A stretch of DNA of 64,000 nt from Camelus ferus (taxonomy: Eukaryota). The notes under the pieces were generated by a model that saw nothing but the letters and a program-made list of their open reading frames with translations, was not told where the DNA came from and searched no databases. This document shows, in pieces, positions 36,270 to 50,039 of this stretch; position 1 is the stretch's first letter; each line of letters begins with the position of its first letter. Location of the stretch: contig NC_045696.1 of assembly GCF_009834535.1 (NCBI RefSeq), positions 40,672,001 through 40,736,000 on the forward strand. Direction: 5' to 3'. Position numbers and translations under genes: made by a program.

Positions 36270-38000
36270 TTGATTTTTTAAATTAAACTTTTTACTTTGA
36301 GATAATTGTAGAGTCACATGCAATTGTAAGAATGATATGGAGAGGTCCCATGTATCCTCTACACATTTTCCCACAATGATACTATCTTGCAGAACTATAG
36401 TACAGCATCACAACCAGGATGTTAACATTGGTACAATCAAGATACAGAACATTTCTTTCACCACAAGAGTGATGACCTTTTATACCTACAGCCATTTCCC
36501 TCTCTCTTTCACCACCTCCTTAAACCCTAGCAGCCAGTATTCTGTTCTCCATTTCTATAATTTTATTTCAAGAATGTTATAGAAGTGGAATCATACAGTA
36601 TATAATGTTAGGGGATTGAATTTTTCCTCTCAGCATAATCCTCTGGAGATGTATCTAAGCTATTGGGCCAATAGTTTGTTCCTTTTATTTGCCAAATAAT
36701 ATTCCACATTGTGGGTTTAACCATACAACTCACCATTAAAGTACATTTGCATTGTTTGCAGTTTTTGGCTGTTATGAGTGAAACTGTCATAAACATTTGT
36801 ATATAGCTTGTTGAGTGAACCCAGGTTTTCATTTCTCTGAGGTAAATGCCCAGAAGTACAATTGCTGGGTCATATTTTAGTTTTTTAAGAAGCTGCCAAA
36901 CTGTTTTTCACAATGGCTATCCCAGTTGACACTCACACCAGCAATACATGAGTGATCTAGTTTCTCTGAATCCTCACCAGCATTGGTATTGTCACTATTT
37001 TTTAAATTTAAGCCATTCTGATAGATGTGTAGTAATAGCTCATTTTGGTTTTAATTTGCATTTCCCTAATAGTTAATGATGTGGAATATCTTTCCATGTG
37101 CCTTTTTGCCACCTGTATGTCCACTGTGGTGAATGTCTGTTTGTGCCTTTTGCCTGTTTTGTAATTGGATTGTATGGTTTTTTATTGTTAAATTTTAAGG
37201 ATTCTTAATATATGCTAGACAGTTGTCCTTTGTCATGTATGTAGTTTGCAAATATTTTCTTCCAATCTCAAGATTGTCTTTTCATTCTCTAAAAGGAATC
37301 TTTCACAGAGCAAAGGTTTTTCATTTTGGTTAAATCTAGTGTATCCATGTTTCTTTATGGACCGGGCTTTTAGTGTCAAGTATAGGATCCCTTTGTTAGT
37401 CCTAGTTTTATGTTTTACATTTAAGTCCATGGTCAATTTTGAGTTAATTTTTAGTGTAAGATGGTAGGCTTAGCTTGAAGTTCATTTTTTATTTTTTTCT
37501 CTTTGGATATCCAGTTGCTCCAATACCATTTGTTATTTTATTTTTAATTTTTTGGTTGAGCTGCTTTTGCATCTTTGTCAAGATCAGTCATATTTGCATG
37601 AGTCTCCTTCTGGATTCTCTATTCTGTTCCACTGATCTATGTGTCTATCCTCCCGGCAACAAACACAGTCTTGATAACTATAGCTATGTAAGTCTTGAAA
37701 TTAGATACACTGATTCCTCCCACTTTTTTCTTCTTATTTGACATTGTTTTAGCTATTTTAGTTCCTTTGCCTTCCCCTATAAATTTTAGAATTATCTTGT
37801 TTATATCTACAAAAAAAGTCTGCTGAAGTTTTGGTTAGAATTACATAAACCCTGTATATCAATTTGGGGCAAATAGACGTATTTGCCATGTTAAATATTC
37901 CAATCCGTGAACATAGTATGTATCTTTATTTATTTAGAACTTTGATGTCTTTCATCAGCATTTTATAGTTTTCAGCATACAAATACTGTACATATTTTGT
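36270..38000 (-). mobile_element. L1 (L1MB/L1MC-type) 3' UTR plus decayed ORF2 C-terminus
   Basis: Reverse L1 3' UTR, and minus-strand ORFs MKTWVHSTSYIQMFMTVSLITAKNCKQCKC and MDLNVKHKT...ICKLHT, which are degenerate L1 ORF2 motifs. Confidence 0.9.
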
Positions 38001-39659
38001 ATCCCTCAGCATCTAGCACAGTCGTACCTTCCTGAAGAATGTTGAATTTCACAAAAATCATTGCCATATATAGGAGTGGGAACTTGCCATGAGAAGAAAC
38101 CATTAGCTCTAATCCCTTTTTTTAACACGGCTTCCTTAAACTAGGAAAACACTTTAAAGATAGCAAATGACCCAGATAAGAAAGACTTTTCATTCACTAC
38201 CTGAAACTAGATACTCTGCAGTTTGGGATTGTAAATCAGATTCCAGTTAAGAACTTATTGGATTCAGCTGTGTATGGGATATGTCCTGGAGTGGTTCAAG
38301 AACCTGTTTTTGCTTTGCCAATTGCAGAACTCTATATATTAAAAGAGAGTTTTCAAATTTCTGCCAATGATCATTTTTCATTGGTAACCCAAAGGAGTTC
38401 TGATTGTCATTTTGTGGGCTTTATCAGGAAGCTTAAATCCAGGATTGAATTAATCAGAGAACGCAAGATTGTGCTTCTGCATTTTCCAGTTTTAAAATCT
38501 ATTTAATGTTGGTAATAGACTGAGCATTTATCATGTTAGTGTTCACACTCGGGGCAATGAAGTATAACATTACATAATTCTTTTAAGATGATCCTGAGAG
38601 TTTAATATGCATTCTGATGGCAGGAGACCCTCAGGAGCTCAGACATGCATATTCCTCTCAGAACTATTCATATGAACATAAGATGAATAAGCTATCTTCT
38701 TTCCAATTTTTCTTTTAAATTTTTGTAAGAAATAAGTACACAAGGGTAGGGAAAGCAGGGGAAGAAGGCTGTTCTTATTGTTGGGATGGTAGGAAAAGCC
38801 CCAGCTGGCTTCTAGGTGATGTAACATATAGGCATTTGTTATGGCGTAACCATATAACCTTGAGTCAGTCGCTTCATTTTTTCAAGCCTTATTTCCATAT
38901 TTTTACAGGGGAATTGTAATAATGCTTCTGCGTTCCTAAAGTGGTTATAAAATAAGAGAATGGATAAAGATATTTTAAGTTCTAAAAAACTATACAAATG
39001 TGCCACGTTATTCACTCCATAGATATTCATTAAACACCCACTGTGTACCAGACACTACCCTAAGGATAAGGGTGAAAAACCAAATAAGATGTGATCTCTA
39101 GTGGTGAAGAACTGACAGTTCCCCAAGGAGAGGCAGACATGTAAAGCAAAGCATCATAGGTGTTCAGAGGGAGAACATTCCACATGTAGCTGTGGAACTG
39201 GATTGCTGAAGTGGAGTGTGCAAATTGGTTTTGGAGTTGAGAAACTCTGAAGACAGTATTTTATAAAGGTCATCTATGTTCAGGTTGAGGCTACCCACAA
39301 TGGGGAGGGAATTAAGAGGGAGAAAAAATTGACCCAGTTGCCAAAATCCTTATTAAGTGGAATGATGAGGAAAACTCAGTAGCTGGCAGAACTGGGAATG
39401 GACACGTGTGGCATGGGCAGACGGCTTCAGTCTTGAGGGGGCGGGGGTGGAGTGATATGAATGGCAAGAAATGGCCTGGAAACAGTGCTGTGGAGCCTGG
39501 AGAACAGTACTACCCCAGGCTTAGGGCTTGGGCTATGGAAGTATGAACAGTCTTCTCTTGAGAGACTGAAAGGATGTAAGTCCTGGGGGAAGGGCTGGAC
39601 AGCGAGTAGAATGAGAGGAGGGAGGAGGAGTATGTGAGAAGGCTAAGCATGTGCGGCTT

Positions 39660-39890
39660 CCAGCAATAGCGATGTGTGTCATTTATTGAACACCTAGGAA
39701 GTATCAGGTACTGTATTGGCTGTTTTGTACACCTCATCCTTACGGGACGCTTCAAACCAATCACTGTCACCTAGACTTTACAAGTGAGGGCATAAGGCAC
39801 AAAGAGACCACAGGCATCATTTCAGGTCACACAGCAAGTCCACATTAGAATCTTTGAACCCAGATCTGCCTCACTGCAAAGCTGTGATTT
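39660..39890 (-). mobile_element. MIR SINE
   Basis: catttattgaacacctagg...acctcatccttac...ctttacaagtgagg...aggtcacacagcaagt...tttgaacccagatctgcc. Confidence 0.7.
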
Positions 39891-39899
39891 TGCACTGTT

Positions 39900-40330
39900 T
39901 CATATGTCTTCAGAGGGATTCAGAAAGCACCATGGGAGGGATTTGGAGGGCAGTCAGAGAGGAAGGGAAAAATCCAAAAGGGGGAACAAATTTATATGGG
40001 AATGAAAATAAAATAGATGAGAGGACTGTTGAGCAGAGATGCTTGTGTTTTTGCCCGTGGCTGAAAATGCCAAGGCTGTGAGGACTGGCGTCACTGAGGC
40101 TTCTGGGAGACTTGAGGCCTGGGCAGTGAGCGATGGCCTTGCTGCAGGTTCAGGTGGAGTGCTGTTGTGAAGGTGTCTGGCGGCGTTTAAGGAGAATTTT
40201 TCCAGGCAGTTAGTGAAGAGGGTCAGCCTTTCCTGACTCTTCCATTCCTGGTAGGGTGGTCTGAAGAGGCTTAGCTTCCTGAGTGTCAGTGGTCAGTCTT
40301 TTAGCCCAGATAATGGAGAGCAGAGAAAGA
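39900..40330 (-). mobile_element. L2 fragment
   Basis: Purine-rich, L2-like (ggagggcagtcagagagg, gaggactgttgagcagag, ggagaatttttccagg). Confidence 0.35.
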
Positions 40331-43273
40331 AGTGTGAGATGATCTTTCATTTGCATGAAAGGTGGGAACCAATCAGATTTTGGGGTGCCTTGGTCACTTT
40401 GTACTTGGGGACCTCTGGAGCTACGTGGTGCAAACTGGAATTTTCATTAGACTGTGGTGAAAAGCAAACACATGTATCAGCCTCTCCAAGGTGGCAGTTA
40501 CCAGTTACGGTCCAAGACAGCTTTATAACAGAGACTGAGGAAGAAAATACTTTTTCCAACCTAGTCATCCAGGCACAGCTAATGTCCTACTTTCCTTTAC
40601 TAGGGGACAGTTAATGTTACAGCTGAAACAGCAACTCCCCAGGGCCCATGAGTAGAGGTAGTGCGTTGACTGTGGGCACAGGCCAGGACCACAGACTTTT
40701 CTGGAAGCAAGCTTTGATACTTGAGGGGAGTAGCAGTCCATCTCTGCAGCTGGGTAAGACTGGTCTCCGTTGAGGGAGATTAGGTTAAAAGAAGAGGCAG
40801 AGGATGAGTAACTAAATGAAGAAAAGTTATGACTCTCACAACCTGGATTTCACTTAAGTGCTTCTGCTGAAATTCCTGATTGTGGCAAAAATAGATATGT
40901 CCTTCAAAGTAAACACATGTGCCATCTTATCCAGTTCATCACAGAGGGTTTCGGGCAGTGAGAGGATAAATAAATGCCCTCGGAAAGGGGATAATAAGGA
41001 AAGAGAAGTAGAAGAAGCCTTAAGAGCCTTCACTTTGCATGAGATGCTTGCAGAAGAAACTGGATCTTTGTTGTAAATGTGATTTCTGCTTCTCCACAGG
41101 TAGTGTGTTCTCTTTTTCCCTTGAGTCATGCCGGCACTTCATCTGTACCTCTCTTGCAACACTTTTCATATTCTACACTGTTTTATAGTTTTTATGTTTT
41201 TTCTACTTCCTCTACTAAACAGGTGATTCTTTGAAAGCAAGGATAGTGCCTTTTCCATTCCATTTTTTTGTAAAGATCTGCTTTGCATCCCCCACAGTGC
41301 TTTGCATTCGGTAGCTACTCAGTGTTCGACTGAAAGAACGAGCTCAAGGACACTGATTCCTCTAAATTTGTTCGTTCTTTACTTGGCCACCAAATATGAC
41401 ACCTTGCAAAGCCAGCTTTCTCCTTTATCTGGGGTGAGGGACTAAATTATATTAAAAGTGTTCTATAATTCTTTTAAGTGTATAGGAGAGAGATTTTCTG
41501 TTTAGGGAATGTTGCTAAGCCCTCTCATCTAAAATAGCCTTTCCATCTACGTCCATGCTCTGCCAGGGCAGGGCAGATTGGCAAGGGTAGTTCAAAGGAA
41601 AAAGCAATGTAATGTCTTCTGTTCATGGCAGTGCAGATGCCAGTGGAGGAGGAAAATGTGTATGGTTGAGGCTTGGGATGCTAAGTTCTATAAAAATGGA
41701 GCCAACCAACTGACTGGGAGTATATAGGTTTATACTTTGTGAAATACCTTCCCCAACTTTTGTATATTCCCTGTGCACTCTGTGACCCCAGGTTAGGAGT
41801 CTTCAAAAGGCAACTGTTGATTAGAAGTCTCACCATATAAGCAGAGTAAGTGGCCCCTTAAGAGAGGCCCACTTTTGACCATGGAGACAGCAGAAGCTCA
41901 TAATGGTAGCAAGAACAAAGGGAACAGTGAGAGCCAGCCAGAAAGACACATGTGGAACCCTGAGTCCTGAGCAGAGCAGCTCTCTTTTGAAGGTGGCTGT
42001 TGCTCCTTTGGGAATGCTATACAGGTATTGGCAGGGAACCAAACCAGTGACAGGATAGCCATTTTAATGTTTGCAAAGTCTGCTGTAAGCATGAGTCCCT
42101 TTGTGTAACTGAAGGTCTAGAGTCTTTAGGTATTTTTTCCTCAAATCTTGAATCTGGTTTTTATTGGGCAGTTGGAAGCACTAATTGGGCAGGTAACAGC
42201 AATCATTGTGAGTATTGAGCAAAAAGGAGGCATGGGCAGTGAAGGACCAAAGTTGGAGAGATGCATGTTGGGTGCTGGTATTAGAAGCTCTAGAATGGCC
42301 ACTTACATTGGCTATTATAAAATGCCCCCTGGGAAACTTAAACAGGAAAACATTTGGGTTTGGCCTGACTAGCTTTGTAATAAGCATGTTTGTTCAAATA
42401 ACAAATTGTTGCATTAAGATTGGCCTATGTCTTCTACCCTAACAAAAGAGTCTTTGTACTTTGTGTTGGAGGCATTACCAATGAACAGCTGATCTTTACA
42501 TAAAAATCAACCCCTATTAGTAAAAACCATGAGCAGGACCCTGCCAAGACTCCCATGGTTTATTTAAATCAGCTGCATTAATGCAGATTTTAAATTAGTA
42601 GAAGTGTCCATTTGTCCCCCTTAATTTGTTTATAGGCGCAAAGGCCAAGACCAAATTAAGGCTCCTAGCCATCATCTGAGAAAAGCTGGCTTCTCAGTTC
42701 CCTGAAATGAAGATAAATGCTGTCTGTGTGTTTGGGTAGAAGAGGGCAGGCAGTAGTGAAGGTAGCTTTCTCTACCCAACCCCCACCACCAGTCCCGCCA
42801 AGTTACAGGGTGGAGTTTACATAGAAGCTTGCTCAGGCAGCTCTGAGCCTTTGGACATGTTAGAGGCTCCTTAGCTGAATGGCCCACCCTGACCTCTACC
42901 CGAAGCAAGAAACAGATCAAGATGACATAGCTGTGGTCACACAAAGCCTGTTAACTACATTGCCTGTCTTTATTTGTTTATTCAGGAACTCTGAACTTCT
43001 TTTTCTTTTTTTTTAACAAGAAATTTGAACCACATTTTGTTTGAGATACTCCAGAGATGTAGCAATGTGGTTACCATTTTATAAACTTTTAAACAAAACT
43101 GTTAGCGGTTCACAACTTTGTTTAAAGAACAATGGCTTGGAGCATAGGCCTGCCTTCTCAAGACCCAAAGGACAATGACCAAGGCAGAGAAGAGTCCATT
43201 GCAGAGCTGGCTGACTGAAGCCAAAGGCCAGGAATCCACATGTTAGCATTAAGGTCCTCTTCCCATTTTTCAG

Positions 43274-43285
43274 GAGTCACAGGTG
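43274..43285 (+). other. Candidate 12-nt microexon
   Basis: tcctcttcccatttttcag|GAGTCACAGGTG|gtgagt: strong polypyrimidine acceptor and consensus donor enclosing a frame-preserving 12 nt. Confidence 0.25.
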
Positions 43286-46200
43286 GTGAGTTTGGTCCTG
43301 TTGCTTTGGTGATTTACACCAATGCCCTCTTGTTATCTTTAACTCTCCTTAAGTAGAAGAGAAATTGAGGAAAAGTGGGGATGAAAACAATCACTTCTGT
43401 TATTTTTTCCCTTATCCCAGAGACTGAGCCACCATTTTTAGCATAGCTAGTTCGCTGCCCAGTCCTTGGCATCCCTGTTTCTTCCCTGTTTTCTGCCTCT
43501 GTCATCACTTCTCTCTGTAACAGCCAAAACCACACCTGCGCTTTCATTCTAACGTTTCGATTAAAATATCTGCCTTTATCTAACTGTACATTTGTAGGAA
43601 CCCTCATTTATGAGTTGTTTTCTGCTCTGGTTGGTTCTAGCTGTTCTTTTAGCCTTTTCTTGGAGTGTCCACAAGAACGTGTAACAAGAAGTGTCATTGA
43701 AGTCTCATAAACATAAACAAAAAAAGTATGCAAATATTTATGCCAGTATCAATTTTTCTAGACTTTTTTACAAAGCTGATTTAGTAGATAGTGATTAAAA
43801 TTGAAATTTAATTGAAAGATTAAATTTGAAATAGCCCATAATTGGAGCTGACCAGTAATATAGATTTGGGGTTGGCAACATTCTGTTTCCAAGTATATGA
43901 AACATGTGAATTATAAGAATTTAGATTAGAAACATCCTTTTTCACATGTGATTTTGAGAACTCAGTTTACCCTCCAGTAAGGCATTCTTTTTAGATCAAT
44001 TAAGATTTCTATTTAACAGCTTCACAGCTTACAAATAAGAATTCCAGAAAGACTCAGTAATCATTGAAAAGGGTAGTTAAGGAGCTATAAGATTAACCAT
44101 TTTTAACCTAAAACACAGCATTTCTCATGTACCCTTTAAGCAGTACTGACAAGGTATTTCCTGGAGATTAATGACAGTCTGAGTTAATGGGGTAAGGGAA
44201 GGTCATTAATCCTTACACAAAGGTAGTCTGAAAAGTAGAAATGAAAAACAACTACTGGGTCAAGATGATGCAATCCCAGGAGATGTTTCAGAAGATTAGT
44301 TACCTTTGCAGAAGCCCATACTTAACTACTGTTCCCACTCCCCCTTCTCTACATAGCATATCTCAGACTCAGGTTTTCAACCCCCTGGGATGCAATGAGG
44401 CTTCTGAAAGTGTCTTGAAATTTCTCCTTTCACCAAACAAAACCTTTTTTATCAATGAGCTTCCTCTTCCCACTCTTTCTCACTTAAAACTCATCTTGGA
44501 AGTCATTTGTTTTCATGTAGCTTCTTACCATCAGGCTCATTTATAGGTATGGACAGAATTGTGCTTGCAAGTGTAGAAACCAAGGCAGTCAGAATTTACT
44601 TCCTACTGATTTCAATTAATATAACTGTGTGCGAGGCATAGGATATGCAGGAAATATGAAATTATTGTTGGTGGCAGGCTGGGATTAATGGAACTGTCAG
44701 CCCTAGACACCACTTCAGTAAATCAGATTGATTCATCATACGGACTCAGAAACAAGTCGGTACAGTCAGGATACCAATACAAGCAGAAGTGCAAGCTTCC
44801 AGACTGCAGAATACCACCAGAGATGGACACTTGAAAATGATGGTCAGATGTTGTGGAATCTCATTCCTCCTCTAGGCCAGTCTAGGCTGCACCCATGCTG
44901 CATGTGAGCTAATCTGCTGTTCCAACAATCCCCCATCTGGACAGATTTATTAATACCAGGATTAAGCAAGATACATATGACCTCTGGCCCAAGGACTCTG
45001 GTGGAGATAGTGGGAAACAGTGGCAGAGGATTTAGAGCCAGTGGATGGAAGATCGTACCAGGAAACCCCACTTTGGCTCTTTACCCAAAGAACAGCTGAG
45101 AGCTAGAGAATGATCACTTCTCTGAAAATAAAGCTCTGCCTTCCTACATGGGCATCGTCTTCTGTAACTGTGTGTCCATGGTGAGAGTTTTAGATCCAGA
45201 AGCTGATGCTACGGCGTGTTGTTCACCTTCCTGCTGGGAATGCGAGCTTCCTTTGGAATCTTCTAGCTGAGTTAAACCCCATCTGATTCACTCAAGTGAT
45301 GTCTGACTGGCTGTTCCACTAATCCTAGGCTGATACTCTGATTCCTGTAGTATGTCTTCACGTGTTTGGAAACTTTAAAATACCAGAGATTATTTTGCTA
45401 TTTAAAGAAAGCTGCTGAAAATTAATAAGAAAGCAGAAGTGTGTTAAAGGAAACTATAAAAAACATTTTCTGGTCACTAAGGAAAAGGGTTGAAATGCAA
45501 AAGCCCCACTAAAATGGTGCCTGGCATTTTGCCACTAACATGTATCTGATCTAACCCTGAAAGCATTAAATTCTTTTGGATTTTGTGACAGAGCCAAGAG
45601 ATGTAAACTTGTAGCTACCAATTCAAACTGAACTACTGTTTTAGTGCTACAAGTACAGGTGAAAATCTTTATGTTCTTCTCTACTGTTTAAATTTAAAAT
45701 TTTTTAAAAACCTTGTTTATGTACAGATTAGTTCCACTAGACCTAGCTAAACTTTTTGAGTTTTTTTTTAACTGAAATTACCTTTTACAAATGAACTATC
45801 CAGATGTGGATGGGAACATAATAATACAGTTATGTGCTGAGATAACTAGATTATTTAGGTCATGACTGCAATTTTATGATACCAAATGGGAAAATTACTA
45901 AGTGCATGTGAATTTGAGGTAAACTAAAGTTTTTCTCCCTTCAGTAGGCATTATGGCCTCTTTTGGAACTTTCTTGGTATTGGAATTATCTGGTTACTTT
46001 GCTTATCACTTTAAGAGTGATAGATCAACAGCTCTGTCATAGTTTGAACTGGAGCCTTCTTTCCACACAGTTGGCAGGTGTTTAATTCGTCAGTACAGCC
46101 TTTCTGAAACCTGGCCTAACCATTTAATAGTAAGAAAGTAAAACTTACTATTTTGTGGGTACAAATGCTGTCTTTCCAACTTAGGAAAGAAGATATAAAA

Positions 46201-46904
46201 CCCTGTAAAAGTGCCTTATTTTAAAAGGAGTAATTTAATCCTCTACCATTAACGTTCTCCCAAGATAGTGTTACATAAATAATTACTGCTACACAGGAAG
46301 TCTCGTTTCCCATTCTGGAATAATTCACACACATTTAGGAATTTCATTGTCTCCTCAGAATCCTCTGGGCCGTGAGCCCATAAATTGTCACATTCTGAGT
46401 GTGGAACTTTCATTAAATGAGTTAAATTTTATGGGAGGAGAGAGCAGGAGAATTGCAGAAAGGTAGTGACTTGCTATGGCTTAAAGAATCTCAAAGAAGG
46501 GGAAAAGTTATTTCTAATTCTTTAACATAGATCAAGGAAACTTGTGGTTTACTTTTAATAATCAACATTCTGGAATTTTTTAATGCCGCAGCAACAAAAT
46601 TTGGCATTTAAAATTCATACCTGTCAGTGGGCATGTATTGTCCAGAGCAGTGGTTTTTAGGGTCCCAAAGAAAATACATCATTCAAATGCCAGTTCCTTT
46701 GGTTCCCAGATGACATTTCTAGCCCAAGACTTCTTAATTTGGTCCAAGGGAATCCAAAGATTTGTGTCTGTGTGTATTCTTGTAACATTTATCAGTGTCC
46801 CAGAAGGACCTTGTATATCACATTTTCAAGACCAAATTTTGTTAGACCCAATCTGTAACGCCACAATGAGAGTTTTCTGTATTAATGAAAATGATAGTAA
46901 TAAC

Positions 46905-47120
46905 TCCTGATTATTGGTCACTTATTATTTGCTACCAGCTGGAATTAACACTTTATATTTCTCATTTATTGCTCCCAAAAAGACACGTACAATTATCTTC
47001 TCCATTTTATGACTGAGGAAACTTAAAGCTTTGAGAGGTTAAATAAGTTATTGAAGATCACATAGAATTAGAATTGAAACCCACAATGCCATGTGGGAAA
47101 ATCCGTGCTCTTAGGCATTG
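46905..47120 (-). mobile_element. MIR SINE
   Basis: ttctccattttatgactgaggaaacttaaagctttgagaggttaaataagttattgaagatcaca...ttgaaaccca. Confidence 0.7.
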
Positions 47121-47974
47121 TGCATTATGATAATGAACATATCCATTTATTGGTTTAGTTCTAATGGGATTTTGTTTGATATAGATGTATTCAGTTCAGA
47201 GAGCCCTTACTCTTTTCTAGTGGTTAGGCATTGCTCCTTATCTAGATGCTACCTTATTATAATTCTGAGATCAACATTGGGTTGTAGGATCCAGAAAAGT
47301 GCCTGACATGTGTTTGTGACATAAATAAGTAAACAAATGAACAAGTGTATGCCCTTTCCAAACATGGCCTGGATAGTCTTCTTTTGTGATACCCTTTCAT
47401 ACTGAGTATAGGCTGTGGTGGTATGATAGCAGTGGTGGTGACTGTCGGTTTTTCAGGTACTGGACATGTAATAATGTTACTAAAATCAGCTGATATTCCC
47501 TTATAATTGTATATTTGTCAGGCAAATATATATATATATAGTATCTGGAGACAGCTACTTGAAGATTTTTGCGTAGTTTTTTGCCTCATGGCTTTTTTCA
47601 TTAGATATTGCAATTTCGACAGGCATTGTTACACAAGAGTAATTAGAGAATTGAATTTCTGTAGATTGATCATTTTTAACTATCTCAAAAAAACAAGCAT
47701 ATTTCTCTGCCACTAATTAGTTCTGAGATCTTGGGGAAACCTCCTCAGGCCTCAATTTTCCATCTGTACAATGAGGAGAGTGGACTATATCAGTTTTTTT
47801 TCAAGGATTTTTTTTCCTTTGTTTATTTTAGTACCCTAAAATTTCTTTTTTTTTTTTTTTCACTGAAAATCTATGCAAGAACTCCAGTATGTCAACACCA
47901 AAGCAGAATATCCTAGTTGAAGTTTGGAGTAGAAGGTTCTCACCATAGAGCCACACAGATGGTGATTCTAAATG

Positions 47975-48105
47975 TCTTTTTTCCATTTATTTTACTAAGG
48001 TATGATTTACATGTAGTAAAATTCACCCTTTATAGTATGCAATTCTGGGTATTTTGACAACTCATACAACCATGCAACCACCACTGCAGTCAAGACATAG
48101 AGCAA
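47975..48105 (-). mobile_element. L1 3' end fragment
   Basis: tatgatttacatgtagtaaaattcaccctttatagtatgcaattc...ttttgacaactcatacaaccatgcaaccaccac. Confidence 0.7.
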
Positions 48106-48302
48106 TGGTAAGTGATACATCAGTCAGTTGTTAGATTAGATTAGAAAGCATCAAAATTCAAGAATCATTGAGGGAAGAGATAGACACTGCAGTCTACATT
48201 TGCAAGCATGTTTCTTTATGATACTCTCTCACCACCACCGCATCTAGGATGGAATCCTTAGTAACTTCTCTACCCATACCCACCCTTCAGAATTTTGGAA
48301 AT

Positions 48303-48629
48303 TGTCCTAGCCGTAGCTAATTGTTTCAGCCACAGATTGGGCCGCTTATAAACAACAGAAGTTTATTGCTTACAGTTCTGAAGGCTGGAAGTCTGAGGTC
48401 AGGGTGCCAAGATGGTCAGGCGAGGGCCCTCTTCCAGGTCACACCCTTGTATCCTCACATAGTAGTAGTAGGCGCTGGGGAGTTGTCCAGGGCCTCTTTT
48501 ATAAAGGCATTCATGAGGGCTTCACTTTCATGACTTAAGCACCTCCCAGAGGCCCCACCTACTATTACCATCACCTTTGGGGCTTGGGATTTTAATATGA
48601 ATCTTGGGGGGACACATTCAAATCATAGC
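48303..48629 (-). mobile_element. MaLR solo LTR (MLT1A-like)
   Basis: gcttataaacaacagaagtttattgcttacagttctgaaggctggaagtc...cctcttttataaaggca...cacctcccagaggccccacct...ggggggacacattcaaatcatagc. Confidence 0.9.
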
Positions 48630-49926
48630 CTTAGCCACTTTTACTCTTGTTTGGAGAGGAAAGATTATGACATGTCATCTGAAGTTGAGCCAACTCCAAG
48701 ATAAATCAAGACACAAATAGACCCCTGATACCTTTGGGAACTTGAAGACTGGAGCTGCAAGACCTCCTATCCAACATTCTCACTTCTCCCCCAACCCCTT
48801 CAAAACAGAAAAAAGTAAAACAACTTCCATCTAGCCTATACCACAACTTCCATCTAGTCTGTATCAATAGTTTGCCCTTCCTCACTTTCATAATTCAGAC
48901 ATAGTCTTATATCCCTGTTTCCCACCAATATGAATGCCTTTGATCAATACTGAGTAGGATTTTGCCCATACAAAAATTCTTTTATGGGGATGGGCTCCCC
49001 ACAGAGTGTGGCTTTTCTTTGGGCTCCACTCTGAGGTGTGACCCCTTTTATAGGGACCAGCCTCACAATGCACAAGTCATCTTGACAAAGTAACAATGTC
49101 TTCAGAGTGATCATTGGTCTCTGTAGGTGTTTCTCAGCATTACAGAGCTGTTTATATGTTGTCTGCAGGCCTGTGCTGACCTATAGGACTGTTACTCATC
49201 TGCTGAGTGATAAGTCAGAAATTGAGAATAAGCATTTAGGAACTTTTATAGCAATTTTGCATTGCTGCAACATTCCCAGCATGTGATCATTATTCTAGTG
49301 ATTAATTTTTGTTGCTGTCAACAATGGATTGACTGTAACAAAATTGTGTCCTATGCCACAGGTAGATGGAGAACACAATTTAGCTTACATAAGATGTTCT
49401 CTCCAAATGCAGATTGTAATTCTAGGGTGGAGCCTTTGATTCTGGACTTCTGGCACACTCCCAAATGATAATCCTGACCTGCCAACCAAGCTTTGAGGAT
49501 CAAGGATTTGGTGGACATGTGTGCTTTAGGCACTGTTTCCCCCTTGAATTTATGTGAACACATGTATGTTGCCCTTGTAAAGTCTTTAAGATATAGCAAT
49601 GAAATATCTATATAATCTTGGAGTCTTGGTTTTCGTTGTTTTCAGTGGGAAGTTGAGCCAATCCATTAGGAAGCTTGAACTTCCCAAGCTTCAAGATGAC
49701 ACTTTTGTTATTGTGCCTTCAAATCTTCTTTTGTGTTAGGAAGGATGAAACTTCATAAATAGGTGAATCGTGTGTCCAGACCTCTCCCCCATCTCCCTAA
49801 ATATGAAGTCTGCCACGTGTACAGTGCGCCAGACTGAGGATTAAGGAACCTGATTTTTATACCCCATTCCTCTACAGCAATAAGGCTGTATAATTTGATC
49901 ATTTCAGGTGTGTGTTCTCCTCCATT

Positions 49927-50039
49927 TAGAGTGACCCACTGCCCAAGTTTTCCTGGGACGTGTCTGATTTTAGCACTGAAAGTCCTGCATCCTGGGAAAA
50001 ACCTTAGTCCCACATGCACCCGGACAGTTGGTTACCCTA
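49927..50039. mobile_element. MER81-like hAT (Blackjack) MITE
   Basis: TIRs tagagtgacc / ggttacccta around gattttagcactgaaagtcctgcatcctgggaaa; ~113 bp. Confidence 0.8.

Noticed and set aside
36608-37436. ORFs with protein-like sequence
   Set aside because: Decayed L1 ORF2 fragments, not a host gene.
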